Source: a virus (lineage: Duplodnaviria > Caudoviricetes). Taken from it: 56,080 bases of DNA. The translations under genes were made by a program, and so were the position numbers. Of the stretch, positions 38,190 through 47,709 are shown one piece after another. The notes under the pieces were generated by a model. The model was not told where the DNA came from, made no database searches, and worked only from the letters and a program-made list of their open reading frames with translations. The DNA lies in IMG/VR virus record IMGVR_UViG_3300037483_001430, positions 1 through 56,080 of that record. One strand, given 5' to 3'. Numbering within the stretch: the stretch's first letter is position 1; each line of letters begins with the position of its first letter.

Positions 38190-39062
38190 TCACCTGGTCG
38201 CGCGCGGTTTCTTCTTGGGGAGGGGCTCGGGCTTGGGTGGGCTTTCGGGCTTCTTCGGCGGGGAGGCAGCGACGCTCGCCTTGAGCGCTGCGAGGAGGTC
38301 GACGATGACCGGCCTGCCGTTCACTGGCGCAGCGACGATCTCGCCGCCGCGCACCTTCGCCGCAATAGCCATGACGGTCGCTGCGTACCGCTCGTCGGGG
38401 TAGGCGCCGGGGCGGAACTCGGCGACGGACCGCTCTTCGGCGAGCCGGAGCCCGAGCTGGAGCGCCGGCTCGTTGGCCGCGACCGGGGAGAGCTCAATCT
38501 CGCCCACGGGCCGGACCTCTTCCGCCCGGCGCAGCTCCTGGAGCACGAGCCGGCCATCTGCCGCGCGCAGACCGACGAAGAGATCACGGCCGCGGGTCGC
38601 CCATCGGCAGAGCGCGATCTTTCCCCCGAGGCGCAGCACGTCGGCGAGCCAGGCGTACCGGCGCGCCGCCTCGTCGGCCTCGGGCAGGCGCACCGGGCCG
38701 CTCTCGACGTCGGGGCCGAGGTAGTGGGGCCGCGCCCAGTGCAGGGGATCGATCTCCGCCGCGTCGACGAGCTCGGCGACCTCGATGGCGGGATCGGGCT
38801 TGGGCTCGACGGCCTCGAGGTCCTCGGGGGTGAAGACAACGAACCTGTCCTTCCCGACCTCGTAGCCCTTCACGATCGCGTCCTCCTCGAGGAGCGTGTT
38901 GTCGGCGGGGCAGAGGTAGCGTTGCTTGGGTCGGGAGCCGCAGTCCTTGTGCAGGAGGCGGAACTCGATCTTGGGCGGGTCGCGCGTCGCAGGGTAGAGG
39001 CGGACAGGGATCGACACCTGGCCGAACCAGATCACCGCCTTGCCGGTACACCGGGGAGCCAT
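38190..39062 (-). CDS. ku: Ku DNA end-binding protein
   Basis: I.FGQVSIPVRLYPAT...IVKGYEV.KDRFV...VDLLAALKASV. Confidence 0.92.
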   Translation of the reverse strand: MAPRCTGKAVIWFGQVSIPVRLYPATRDPPKIEFRLLHKDCGSRPKQRYLCPADNTLLEEDAIVKGYEVGKDRFVVFTPEDLEAVEPKPDPAIEVAELVDAAEIDPLHWARPHYLGPDVESGPVRLPEADEAARRYAWLADVLRLGGKIALCRWATRGRDLFVGLRAADGRLVLQELRRAEEVRPVGEIELSPVAANEPALQLGLRLAEERSVAEFRPGAYPDERYAATVMAIAAKVRGGEIVAAPVNGRPVIVDLLAALKASVAASPPKKPESPPKPEPLPKKKPRATR

Positions 39063-39132
39063 GACACCCAGTATAGGGCCCTCCCCGGACGTAGACCGAG
39101 GGCGTGCAACCTGGGGGTTACGGCCCGGAGGG

Positions 39133-39155
39133 GTGTAAAGCTGCGTGTAAAGCTG
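39133..39155 (+). repeat. Tandem GTGTAAAGCTG x2 upstream of ku
   Basis: 11-bp direct repeats at a 12-bp period. TATACT -10 box at 39070..39075 on the minus strand. Confidence 0.6.
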
Positions 39156-39243
39156 GTGCCAAAGGCCTCGGAGAGCTGCGCCGCCGTCGCGCTGGGCGTC
39201 TACCGTGCGGGCTGCGCGGCATGGGGGCGCGTCACCATCCAGC

Positions 39244-39987
39244 TCATGGCCGCCCCTCCTCACGCATGGACGGCCCCGGCAGGTTCACCCAGCGACCTCC
39301 CGTCTTCAGCCGTTCCTCGAGCCGGTCGAGGCCTCCCTCGCGGGCGAGATAGCGCTCCCGGAAGTCGGTCGCGGTGAGGTTCGTCGCGATGACGGTCTTC
39401 CGCTCTCGGCGAAAGCGGCTGTTCAAGACCGAGTAGAGGTTCGCGTCGTAGCTCGTATTGCCCTGCTCGGCGCCGAGCTCGTCGAGCGCGAGGATCGGCG
39501 CGGCGGCCATGTCCTCCCAGACGAGGCGGTCGAACGTCGAAAGCTGCACGAGCTCTTGCGCCTCGAAGAACCTCCCGCCGTTCGTCGCCACCGCCCAGGC
39601 GAGCGCGAAGGTCTTGCCGCGCCCCTTCGGTCCGGCGAGCGTGAGGAAACGGGACCGGCCGCATGGCTCGGCGAGGAAGGCGCGGGTGGCCGCCAGGGCG
39701 CCCGTATCTTCGGGTGCGTCGAGAGCTCCCCAGGTGGCTTCCGGCACGCGCTGGCGTTGAAACGAGAGGCGCCGCTTGAGCCGTTGCTCATGGACGACGA
39801 ATGCTTCTACGTCGGCCGCGAGATCCGCGAGCTTCTCCCGGAAGACCGGGTCCCGTTCCCGCTTCCGCACGCGGTCCATGATGGCTTTCAGCCTGTCGCC
39901 TTCGGCGCGGCCCTCGATCTCGGCGAGACGGGCCCGGACCTCGGCGGGCGTGATGGTGCCTTGTTCGCTCATGCCTTGCTCGCTCAT
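39244..39987 (-). CDS. DnaC/IstB-like ATPase (helicase loader)
   Basis: GPKGRGKT, LALDELGAE, TVIATNL. Confidence 0.88.
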   Translation of the reverse strand: MSEQGMSEQGTITPAEVRARLAEIEGRAEGDRLKAIMDRVRKRERDPVFREKLADLAADVEAFVVHEQRLKRRLSFQRQRVPEATWGALDAPEDTGALAATRAFLAEPCGRSRFLTLAGPKGRGKTFALAWAVATNGGRFFEAQELVQLSTFDRLVWEDMAAAPILALDELGAEQGNTSYDANLYSVLNSRFRRERKTVIATNLTATDFRERYLAREGGLDRLEERLKTGGRWVNLPGPSMREEGRP

Positions 39988-41009
39988 AGTGTTTCTGTTG
40001 CCTTTGCTGGGTCGTCCCAATTGCTCACCGGCGCCATGGTTCGTCTGCGCGCGCCGTTCGTGTGCGGGAGGGCCTGGGGATCTGCGTCCGGCGCTGCGAG
40101 CACGCGGAGCGTCCTGCCGAAGGCCGCCATTGTTCCGGGAGGGTCGCCGCGAGCGGCCATCTCCCTGCCCACTGCTGCACATGCTTCTGCGACCAGAACG
40201 AAGCCGCGGAGCGCCACGGCCTCGTTTGCGCTGCGGATGAGCTCGCCGAGCCGCCGGCTCGAGCCTAGCTCGATCCCTACCCCGCCCTTGCCAACGATGC
40301 CGAGCGCCTGCGCGATCGCGCCGCGCAAGCGCTCCAGCATTGAGGGACCTGCGGGTCCCTCCGACACTGCGATGCTGCTCTCCGGCGCTGCGGCGCCGTT
40401 CATCGAGAGACCTGCGGGCCTCTCCGGCGCTGCGGCGCCGTTGCTGGTCTTGGCCATCCCCTCGCCTTCGTCCCGCGTGCGCGCGCCCGCGGCGGGGGCG
40501 GCTGGATCGGAAGGCACGGAAGGCACGGCTAAGAAGGAGTGACACGGCGTGACAGCACGTGACGGTTCGGTCACGTTCCGTGACTCGCCCTCCGATTGGA
40601 CCCTACCGAGGGTGAGCTGTGGACCCATGCAGAGTGCCGCCTCGGCGGCGGCGCGGTCCCGGGCGCGGGCGCGGGACTCGCGTTGCCGCTGCGCATCAGA
40701 CTGCGGAGCCTCTTGGGCCTCGATGAAGTTGGGGACGAGCAGCACCTGGTCCTCGCCCTCGCCGCGGATCTGGACGCATCCGTCGACCAGGAGCTCGTCG
40801 AGCGCCTTCTCGACCACCTTCGCGCGGTTCGCATGGCCGATCGCCACCGCGACGGCGCGCTTGCCGAAGGTCCCGAGAGAGAGGATCCCGGCCCGATCGA
40901 CCTTCCGCAGGATGAGCCCGAAGAGGCCCTGAGCCTCGAGCGACAGCAGGAGCCACCCAACGGTGTCGCGCGTGTAGAGGCGCACGTACCTCTCGTCCTC
41001 CCACCTCAT
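39984..41009 (-). CDS. Putative replication initiator
   Basis: Upstream of and coupled to the DnaC-like gene. wHTH-like N-terminus and internal DNA repeats. Confidence 0.7.
   Translation of the reverse strand: MRWEDERYVRLYTRDTVGWLLLSLEAQGLFGLILRKVDRAGILSLGTFGKRAVAVAIGHANRAKVVEKALDELLVDGCVQIRGEGEDQVLLVPNFIEAQEAPQSDAQRQRESRARARDRAAAEAALCMGPQLTLGRVQSEGESRNVTEPSRAVTPCHSFLAVPSVPSDPAAPAAGARTRDEGEGMAKTSNGAAAPERPAGLSMNGAAAPESSIAVSEGPAGPSMLERLRGAIAQALGIVGKGGVGIELGSSRRLGELIRSANEAVALRGFVLVAEACAAVGREMAARGDPPGTMAAFGRTLRVLAAPDADPQALPHTNGARRRTMAPVSNWDDPAKATETL
40539..40584. repeat. Phased GTGAC repeats, candidate origin iterons
   Basis: GTGAC at 40539, 40549, 40559 and 40580, with inverted GTCAC at 40570. 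Confidence 0.5.
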
Positions 41010-41266
41010 GGCCGGCTCCTCGCCGCCGCGATCGCCGCCTCGACCTCGGCTCGCGCACGCCCGAGGGCGATCTCTGCCGTCGCGCCCAGGTGGTGCTCGC
41101 GGCGCTCGTCGACGAGGGTCGAGCCGGGGAGGGGGACGCGCCGGACGAGCGTCACCGCCCAGGAGCCGTCCGACTCGAGGAAGGGACCCGAGCAGCGCGG
41201 GCCGAGGAGCTCTCGGAGGTAGGCGAGGTCCTGCTCAGCCTTCGGGGTGAGATCTGGGGCGCTCAT
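41006..41266 (-). CDS. Hypothetical protein
   Basis: 86 aa with GGAGG SD. ATGA-coupled. Confidence 0.55.
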   Translation of the reverse strand: MSAPDLTPKAEQDLAYLRELLGPRCSGPFLESDGSWAVTLVRRVPLPGSTLVDERREHHLGATAEIALGRARAEVEAAIAAARSRP

Positions 41267-41366
41267 CGCTCGGGACCTCCGAGCGAGGGGGGCGCGGCGG
41301 GGGAGGCGGAGGGTGCTACCCGGGGGCGGCGTCGCTCAGCTGCGGCGGTAGTCGCGCCGGCCGATT

Positions 41367-41541
41367 TGTTCCCCTCGCTGTTCCCCTCAGACGCTCCCCG
41401 GGGGCGGCATACCTGCCACGTTCGGGGGTCGACGCCGCTCGGCTTGTTCCCCTCGCTGTTCCCCTCAAGCCTCGCTGGTTCACGTCGCGTGTTGGCGCGG
41501 CCTGGCGTGATCGCCTGAGTGTTCCCCTCATTGTTCCCCTC
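41367..41541 (+). repeat. Three tandem pairs of TGTTCCCCTC, putative integrase arm sites
   Basis: Copies at 41367, 41379, 41445, 41457, 41520 and 41532. Confidence 0.8.
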
Positions 41542-41574
41542 AGACGGTCCCCGGGGGCCATTTGGGGAAAGAAG

Positions 41575-41617
41575 AAGGCCGCGATGTGCCGGGGTTCCCG
41601 AGCAACATCGCGGCCTT
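41575..41617 (-). terminator. Hairpin terminator downstream of the tRNA fragment
   Basis: AAGGCCGCGATGT...ACATCGCGGCCTT stem followed by CTTTC on the minus strand. Confidence 0.7.
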
Positions 41618-41620
41618 ATC

Positions 41621-41666
41621 TGGTCGGGGCGACAGGATTTGAACCTGCGACCACTTGCACCCCAAG
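41621..41666 (-). mobile_element. attP core: 3' half of tRNA-Pro(TGG)
   Basis: CTTGGGGTGCAAGTGGTCGCAGGTTCAAATCCTGTCGCCCCGACCA covers the anticodon loop, T arm and CCA. The 5' half is absent. Confidence 0.92.
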
Positions 41667-41790
41667 AATTTTCCGCATGGTGCGCGTATCGCGTCAATCG
41701 CCGGCACGTCGCGCAACGCCCCGGAATCAGGGCGCTTCCTGTATGTCGCCATTTGACGTGGGTCAGCGCGGAAAGTGAGGGTCCGGCGAG

Positions 41791-41810
41791 TGTTCCCCTT
41801 GAGGGGAACA
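41791..41810. repeat. Inverted pair of the arm-type motif
   Basis: TGTTCCCCTT GAGGGGAACA. Confidence 0.75.
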
Positions 41811-41928
41811 AATTGGCTTCACCTGGGCCGCGCGATCTGGTCTCCTGCGCGGCACAAAGAAGTCGGGCCCCGGAGCGGTTCGCGCCGCCGCCGGAGCCCT
41901 CACCACCGGAACCTGTGAAGGAGGTTCG

Positions 41929-43446
41929 ATGGCTCCCGAATACCCTAGCACGCCGCCCCTCGGTTTCACGGACGCCTGGATCCGGGACCTGCCCGTCCCA
42001 GAGGAGCAGCGTTACGAGCGCTTCGACCGCGGCCTCTGCGTCCGCGTGGAGCAGTCGGGCTCCAAGGCGTTCCGCTGGTACTACCAGGCCGACGACGGGC
42101 AAGGCGGGCGGCAGAAGCGTTCGGTGGTGCTCGGACCGTGGGCCCATCCGAGCAGCAAGCCGGCCGGCTACCTTGAGGTCGCGGATGCGCGCTCGCTCCT
42201 CGACCGCGCGAAGCAGGCGCACAAGGCTGGGAACCTCGCCGAGTTCGAGGCTGGGCTCGGGCATGGCAAGTCGCGTGTGCTTGGAGGCGGCGGGAAGACG
42301 GTCAAGGAACTCGCCGAGGAGTTCTATACGCTGCGCATCCTCCCCAAGCGCAAGGCCACGCCACAAGAGGTCCGGCGCACGCTCGACAACGACATCTTGC
42401 CTGCGATCGGCGCCAAGCCGTTGCGTGCCGTCAGGGCCGAGCACTGCCGCGACATCGTGCGCGCGGTGGTGCAGCGGGACTCCCCTTCTCAGGCGGGCAA
42501 GGTCTTCGCCCACATGGACTTCTTGTTCCGCTGGGCTCGGGGTTGCGGCGAGGACCTCCCTGTGAACCCGATGGAGATGCTCGACCCGGATGCGCTCGGC
42601 GTCGTGAATAACGAGCGCGATCGATTCCTGACCGAGGACGAGATTCCGCTCTACTGGCATGGCGTCGAGAGGCGCCCGAAGGACGAGAAGCTCGAGCCGG
42701 GAATGGAGCCGTGCGCCTTCCCCCGCTGCGGGCGCGCCGCTCGCGCCAAGACGTACTGCTTCGGCCACTATCGGCAGATGACGCGCGGGCGCGAGCTCTC
42801 CCCGCTCGAAGGGATCTCCCGCACGGTGCAGATCGGGCTCCGCATCATGCTCCTCATCCCGGAGCGTACGGCCCAACTGCTCAAGGGCGAATGGACCGAG
42901 ATGGACTTCGACGAGGCGCTCTGGACCGTGCCGATAGCCCATCAGAAGCTCAACCCGCGTTCGAAGAAGAAGTCGCGCGATCGCCGTGTCCCGCTCACGC
43001 CGCGCGTGATTGAGCTCTTCCGGGAGCTGCAAAACTTCGCCGGCGGCTCGCGCTTCATCATGGCGAGCGACGATTCCGAGACGGGCAGGCTCAACGACAA
43101 GGCGCTCATCCAGGCGCTCACGAGTCTGACGGCGACGGAGCGGCTGAAGGGCAGAAAGAAGATCCCGGTCAAACCTGTCCTGGCTCTCCCTGGTGGGCAT
43201 CTCACCGTGCACGATCTCCGCCACACGTTCCGAACGCTCGCCGTCGAGAAGCTGGGTCTGTTGCCCATGATCGCCGAACAATGCCTCGCGCACAGCGAGG
43301 GCGCCATGGCGGGCCGGTACAATCACTACGACTACCTGCGCGAGCGGCGCGAGGCGCTCGAGCGCTGGACGGAGTACGTCTACCGGCTCGTCGAGCCCAT
43401 GAGCACGAACGTGGCCTTCCTGCCTGGGCGGGCAGAGCGCGGGTAG
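41929..43446 (+). CDS. int: Tyrosine integrase with arm-binding domain and inserted CCCH Zn motif
   Basis: GLCVRV..SGSK.F arm domain, HDLRH, LAH, RYN. Adjacent to attP. Confidence 0.92.
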   Translation: MAPEYPSTPPLGFTDAWIRDLPVPEEQRYERFDRGLCVRVEQSGSKAFRWYYQADDGQGGRQKRSVVLGPWAHPSSKPAGYLEVADARSLLDRAKQAHKAGNLAEFEAGLGHGKSRVLGGGGKTVKELAEEFYTLRILPKRKATPQEVRRTLDNDILPAIGAKPLRAVRAEHCRDIVRAVVQRDSPSQAGKVFAHMDFLFRWARGCGEDLPVNPMEMLDPDALGVVNNERDRFLTEDEIPLYWHGVERRPKDEKLEPGMEPCAFPRCGRAARAKTYCFGHYRQMTRGRELSPLEGISRTVQIGLRIMLLIPERTAQLLKGEWTEMDFDEALWTVPIAHQKLNPRSKKKSRDRRVPLTPRVIELFRELQNFAGGSRFIMASDDSETGRLNDKALIQALTSLTATERLKGRKKIPVKPVLALPGGHLTVHDLRHTFRTLAVEKLGLLPMIAEQCLAHSEGAMAGRYNHYDYLRERREALERWTEYVYRLVEPMSTNVAFLPGRAERG

Positions 43447-43451
43447 CCGCC

Positions 43452-43799
43452 TCATGCTGGGTCCTCGGCAGGCGTAGCGCCGGAGCGCTCGTTCTCCGCG
43501 ATCCAAGCCCGGACCTCCGAGACGAGCCAGAGGCGCTTGCGGCCGAGATACCGCGGCGCTGGGAAGCCCTTGGTCAGGATCCAGCGCTCGACCGTGCGCC
43601 GGCAGTTCCCGACGAGCCTTTCTACCTGGGTCATGTCGAGGCGCTCGGCGCCGTCTATCCCGCGGATCCGCTTCTTGCGGGGGCGCCGCGGCGCTGGTGG
43701 TGCGGCGTCCCCGTGAAGCATGCCTGGCGGCAGCGGTTGCGGGCTGCTACCCGCGCCGTGCTGCACACCGTTCGCGGTCCCATTCGTGTTTGCCGTCAT
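43452..43799 (-). CDS. AlpA/excisionase-like HTH protein
   Basis: V...VG.CRRTV.RW....FPAP..LG...W...EV.AWI. Confidence 0.8.
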   Translation of the reverse strand: MTANTNGTANGVQHGAGSSPQPLPPGMLHGDAAPPAPRRPRKKRIRGIDGAERLDMTQVERLVGNCRRTVERWILTKGFPAPRYLGRKRLWLVSEVRAWIAENERSGATPAEDPA

Positions 43800-43891
43800 T
43801 CGTTGCAGCCTCGTTTCGATACCTCATGGCGCGTGTTCTCCATCCCTCGCCCTGCGCCCCGACCGACCCCGACGACCCCTTCACCGTTCCT

Positions 43892-45331
43892 TCATTGACC
43901 GCCCTCTGGCCCGAGCAGAGAGAGCTGCCCGTCCACCGGCGCTGGTCCCCGCTCCAGCGCTCCGAGCGGCTTCGCCTTGGGCGCGTTCGCGGCGAGCCGG
44001 ATGCGCCGCTCGGCGATCCGCGCGTACTCGGGTTCGCGCTCGATCCCGATGAAGTTGGACCCCAGGCGGACCGCGGCGCAGCCGGTCGAGCCCGACCCGG
44101 TGAACGGATCGAGCACCGTCCCGCCTGGAGGCGTGACGAGCCGCACGAGCCACTCCATGAGCTCGACCGGCTTGACGGTGGGGTGGATGTTGCGCCGCGC
44201 CGCGCTGGTGGGGCCGGCGCGTGCCGAGCAGACCGCCCCGGCGCTTCCGTCCTTTCTTCCCGTGACGTCGTTTCCGCTCACATCTTCAAGATCCCAGCAC
44301 CCCGCGTCCCTCTCGCCCCTGCTCGGCTTGGCGACGTAGCGGAACACCGGGAAGAAGCGGGAGGCACCGCCGGAGTCGCCTCGCCCGGGAGGTAGCGTGC
44401 CCCGGGAACCACGCAGGAACCCCGCCACCGGCACGTCGTCATCTCGGAAGCCGCCGTTGGCCGCGCCGTCACGGCTTGCGCAGTCCCCGCTCTGCCGATC
44501 CATCTCCGCCACCGGGCACGTCGGGGCGCAAACGCCGTTGCAGCTCGGGTCATGGGATAGGAGGAGGTTCGGGGGCCAGCGGCCGGAGGGGTTGAAGTCG
44601 ATCAGCGAATCACGCTGGTCGAGGCCCTCGCCGTAGACGACGCCGCGCGTGGTCCCGTTCTTACCGGGAGAGCCCGCGTCGCGACGAACCTCGTCCAGGT
44701 CCTTGCCGCCGTATCCGACCCGACACCCCTCGACATTGATCCCGCCCGTCCCGTACTCGAGCACGTTCGCCGCCACCGTCCCCACCAGCGGCTTCCGTGC
44801 GAGCCACCACACCTCATGGGCGGGCTTCAGGGCGGTGCCCCAGCCGCTCCAGGCCGTCGCGGGGGCCGTCGCGGGGAAGATGCGGGTGCGTGCCTCGCTG
44901 ATGGAAGTGGCGTTTCCGGCGGAGGGAGCGCAGCCGTTGGAGCGCTGGCCCACGATTGGCCGTTCCGCCCCCGCCGCCGCGTCGATCGCCTTGCTCACGT
45001 CGAGCGACTTCGGAAACCCCGACCCGAACACGTGGTGTAGCTGGTCGCGAACCTCCCACCCTGCCCGCTCAAGAGCAGTCCCTGTCCAGTGAGACGTGCG
45101 CGGCAGAGCCCAGACAAGCGCGTGAGCCCCCGGCTTTGCCACCCGGATGGCCTCGCGCATGACCTCGGAGAGCCAGGCGATCCACTGCTCGGCCCCGCCG
45201 CGGTCATGATCCCAGCCCTTGCCCATGAACCCGATCCCGGCGGGTGGGTCGGTCACGATCGCGTCGACGCTGGCGGCGTCCATGGCGCGCATGGCTTCGA
45301 GGCAATCGCCCTGGATGACCCGCCAGGTCAC
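43892..45331 (-). CDS. Amino (N6A/N4C) DNA methyltransferase, beta class
   Basis: TDPPAG, HPTVKP, VLDPFTGSGST. GTGA-coupled start. Confidence 0.9.
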   Translation of the reverse strand: MTWRVIQGDCLEAMRAMDAASVDAIVTDPPAGIGFMGKGWDHDRGGAEQWIAWLSEVMREAIRVAKPGAHALVWALPRTSHWTGTALERAGWEVRDQLHHVFGSGFPKSLDVSKAIDAAAGAERPIVGQRSNGCAPSAGNATSISEARTRIFPATAPATAWSGWGTALKPAHEVWWLARKPLVGTVAANVLEYGTGGINVEGCRVGYGGKDLDEVRRDAGSPGKNGTTRGVVYGEGLDQRDSLIDFNPSGRWPPNLLLSHDPSCNGVCAPTCPVAEMDRQSGDCASRDGAANGGFRDDDVPVAGFLRGSRGTLPPGRGDSGGASRFFPVFRYVAKPSRGERDAGCWDLEDVSGNDVTGRKDGSAGAVCSARAGPTSAARRNIHPTVKPVELMEWLVRLVTPPGGTVLDPFTGSGSTGCAAVRLGSNFIGIEREPEYARIAERRIRLAANAPKAKPLGALERGPAPVDGQLSLLGPEGGQ

Positions 45332-46528
45332 TCGTTGGCCTCCGGCGCCGGCGCAGATTCCCTCGCCTCGATCTCCCTGAGCAGCTCGGCCGCCAGGCGG
45401 GAGAGCCCCCACGGCTTGCCTTCGTCGGTGCGGAGCGCCGCGACGTCGGTGAGCAACCGGTGCACGGCGACGTGGATGGCCTGGGTCCAGTGGCAGACCC
45501 TCATCGGTCGGGACATCAGGCAGACTCCTTGCCGTTGCGCAGGTGCTCGCGCACGAGCTCCCGGAGCGAGGTTGGCAGCCGTGCGAGTTCGAGGCAGTCG
45601 CCCATGGCCGGGGGCACATGTTCTCCCCACGTGTCGAGCATGTGGAACTGGAGCGTGCGCCAGACGTCCATGGAGAGGTGGTGGACGCCGCAGGCGCAGG
45701 GGATGGGGGCGGTCATGGCCTGCGCCTCCAGTCCTTCCCCTGCGGGCACGTCGCGTGGTGCGGCATGTACCGGATCTTGCCCGCGAGCAGCAGCTCTTCG
45801 AGCGGCCCGAGCACGATCGCGAGGCCGTTCTCTATGACCACGTTCCCGCGGCTGTTCGGCTCAGCGTCGAGAGGCATCGGCGTCTTCTTGTTCCTGGTGG
45901 GCGCCCAGACGATCTCGGCGCCGCAAGTCCGGCAGGCGCTCATGTCCCGCCCCAGATCGGTTCGTCAGGGTCGATGATCCCTGCGAGCCGCTCGGCCTCG
46001 GCCAGGCTGTGCGCCGAGCAGACGGGGCCGAGGTTCGTCTCCACCGCCCAGTGGCAGGTCCGACCGGGGGCGAGGAGGCCTGGATCGGAGACGAGGCGCG
46101 CGATCCGATCTGCCTTGTAGATGGGGGTGCCGGAGACGCCGAGGCAGGGCCGGCCATCGGAGCAGCCGCAGAGGATGCAGTGCTTGGGGGAGGGGGAGGA
46201 GTCAGAGATCATCGAGGGCGTCTCCAGCTGCTGATTTCGCAGGCGCCTCGGCGGCGGGCGCTTCCGTCGCGTTGGGCGGTTTCGACGCGGGCTGGACGGA
46301 GGGAGGCGCGAGGGCGGCGCGCGTGGCCAGCGGGTGATCCGGCGGCACGGCCACGACCATTCCATGCGCCTCCGCTCCCGGCCTGTCCCCGCTGTAGGCG
46401 ATTGCCGGGATCCGTCGCATGCAGCGCCGGCACTCCGCGAGCGTCCCAACGTGCAGCACCTGCTCCTCGGGCTCGCCCCCGTCCGTGAACGTGAGCACGT
46501 ACCCGAAGGCGTAGAGAAGTCCAGGCAT
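45328..46528 (-). CDS. Chain of five small coupled ORFs (45328..45516, 45516..45716, 45713..45943, 45940..46212, 46202..46528)
   Basis: Overlapping starts and stops. Several Cys motifs (CRTCGAEI.W...H.ATCP; CILCGCSD). Confidence 0.6.
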
Positions 46529-46531
46529 CGC

Positions 46532-47709
46532 TCACCCCTCCTTCGCCGAGTCGGGCTGGATGGAGGGCGGCGCGACGTGTCCGCGTTGATCCGTCCGGGT
46601 TTCCTCGTCGGTCGACACCTCCCGGATCATGTACGGATCGCAGCCTGGTCCATGCAGGGGCGCGAACGGCCGATCTCCGTCTACTCGGAACCATTCGCCC
46701 AGCTCGTGATCTTCCACTTGCCGACAGCGCTCGAAGATCCACCGGCGCCAGGACTTGAAGTTGTAGGTCGCGATCGGGACCGGGAAGTGGTTGTTGATCC
46801 GCTGGATGGCCCCTCCCCTCGAGTCGGCGACGGGGATGCTGACGATGAGTTCCAGGGCCCCGGTCTCGGCAGAAACCGCGAGATGGAAGGACCAGCCCGG
46901 TTTGCAGGTCACGCCCGAGAGCAGGACCGCCAGGACGTCATGGGTGTTCATGCGTCCCCTCCTTCGCCGCGTCGGCCTTCAGCCGGGCCACGTACTCCAG
47001 CAGCGCCGCGTAGACCTCGGGCTCGAGCACGATCCGGTTCGTCTCGCGGATGCCGTTCTCCGTGGTGAGCACCAGGGTGCCGAAATCATCCCAGTCGAGG
47101 TAGACGCCGTCGCCGAGATAGGCCTTGCTCACGTCCCCTCCTTCGCCGTGTCGGGGGCGCTGGAATCAGAAGCAACGTCAGATTTCGCCAGCGCCTCGGC
47201 GCCGGGCGCTTTCGTCGCGCTGGGCGGTTCCGACGCGGGGTGGACGGAGGGAGGTGCGAGGGCGGCCTGTGCGTTCCGCAGCGCCATCACAAAGGGTATC
47301 TGCCGAATCGCGAAACCGGGCTCGCTGTCCTTGCTGATGTCGCGCACGAGCGTCCCATCCTTTACGAGCGCGAATAGGCGACGCAGCGCCTCCCGTAACC
47401 GGTCCCGCTCGGCCTCGGCTCTCGCCAGTGTCGAGCGCGTCGCGGCGAGGGCACAGCGCACAGAGTCCAGGTCCTCGCTCACGTCCCCTCCTTCGCCGTG
47501 TCGGGGGCGAGGGCGGCACGGCCGACGATGCACGGCCTGCATTGGCACCCGGGCTCCGATGATGACAACGCTCGCACCGGAGCGGCCCACGTGTCGTGCA
47601 TGTCGCATTCGACCCAGCCACCACGGAACACCTCGCGTAGCGCCTCCCGTAACTGGTCCCGCTCGGCGGTCAGCGCGGCGAGGGTCTCGGCGCAGTCAGA
47701 GCAGGTCAC
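46532..47709 (-). CDS. Chain of four small ORFs with shared ends (46532..46951, 46938..47132, 47129..47482, 47479..47709)
   Basis: AKEG(T) endings containing GGAGG SDs. YLGDGVY...D family motif in 46938..47132. Confidence 0.65.
47127..47509. repeat. 33-bp gene-boundary direct repeats (47127..47159 and 47477..47509)
   Basis: GCTCACGTCCCCTCCTTCGCCGTGTCGGGGGCG occurs twice. Confidence 0.85.

Noticed and set aside
41367-41541. CRISPR array
   Set aside because: The repeats are 10-bp motifs in pairs next to int and att, and there are no cas genes. Arm sites fit better.
41621-41666. Functional tRNA gene
   Set aside because: Only the anticodon loop to CCA is present. There is no D arm or 5' acceptor strand, so it is an att core.
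43892-45331. Inactive methyltransferase because of DPPA instead of DPPY
   Set aside because: DPPAGI.FMGK.WD is, as recalled, a recurring variant in this phage MTase family and the other motifs are intact. Inactivity cannot be claimed.
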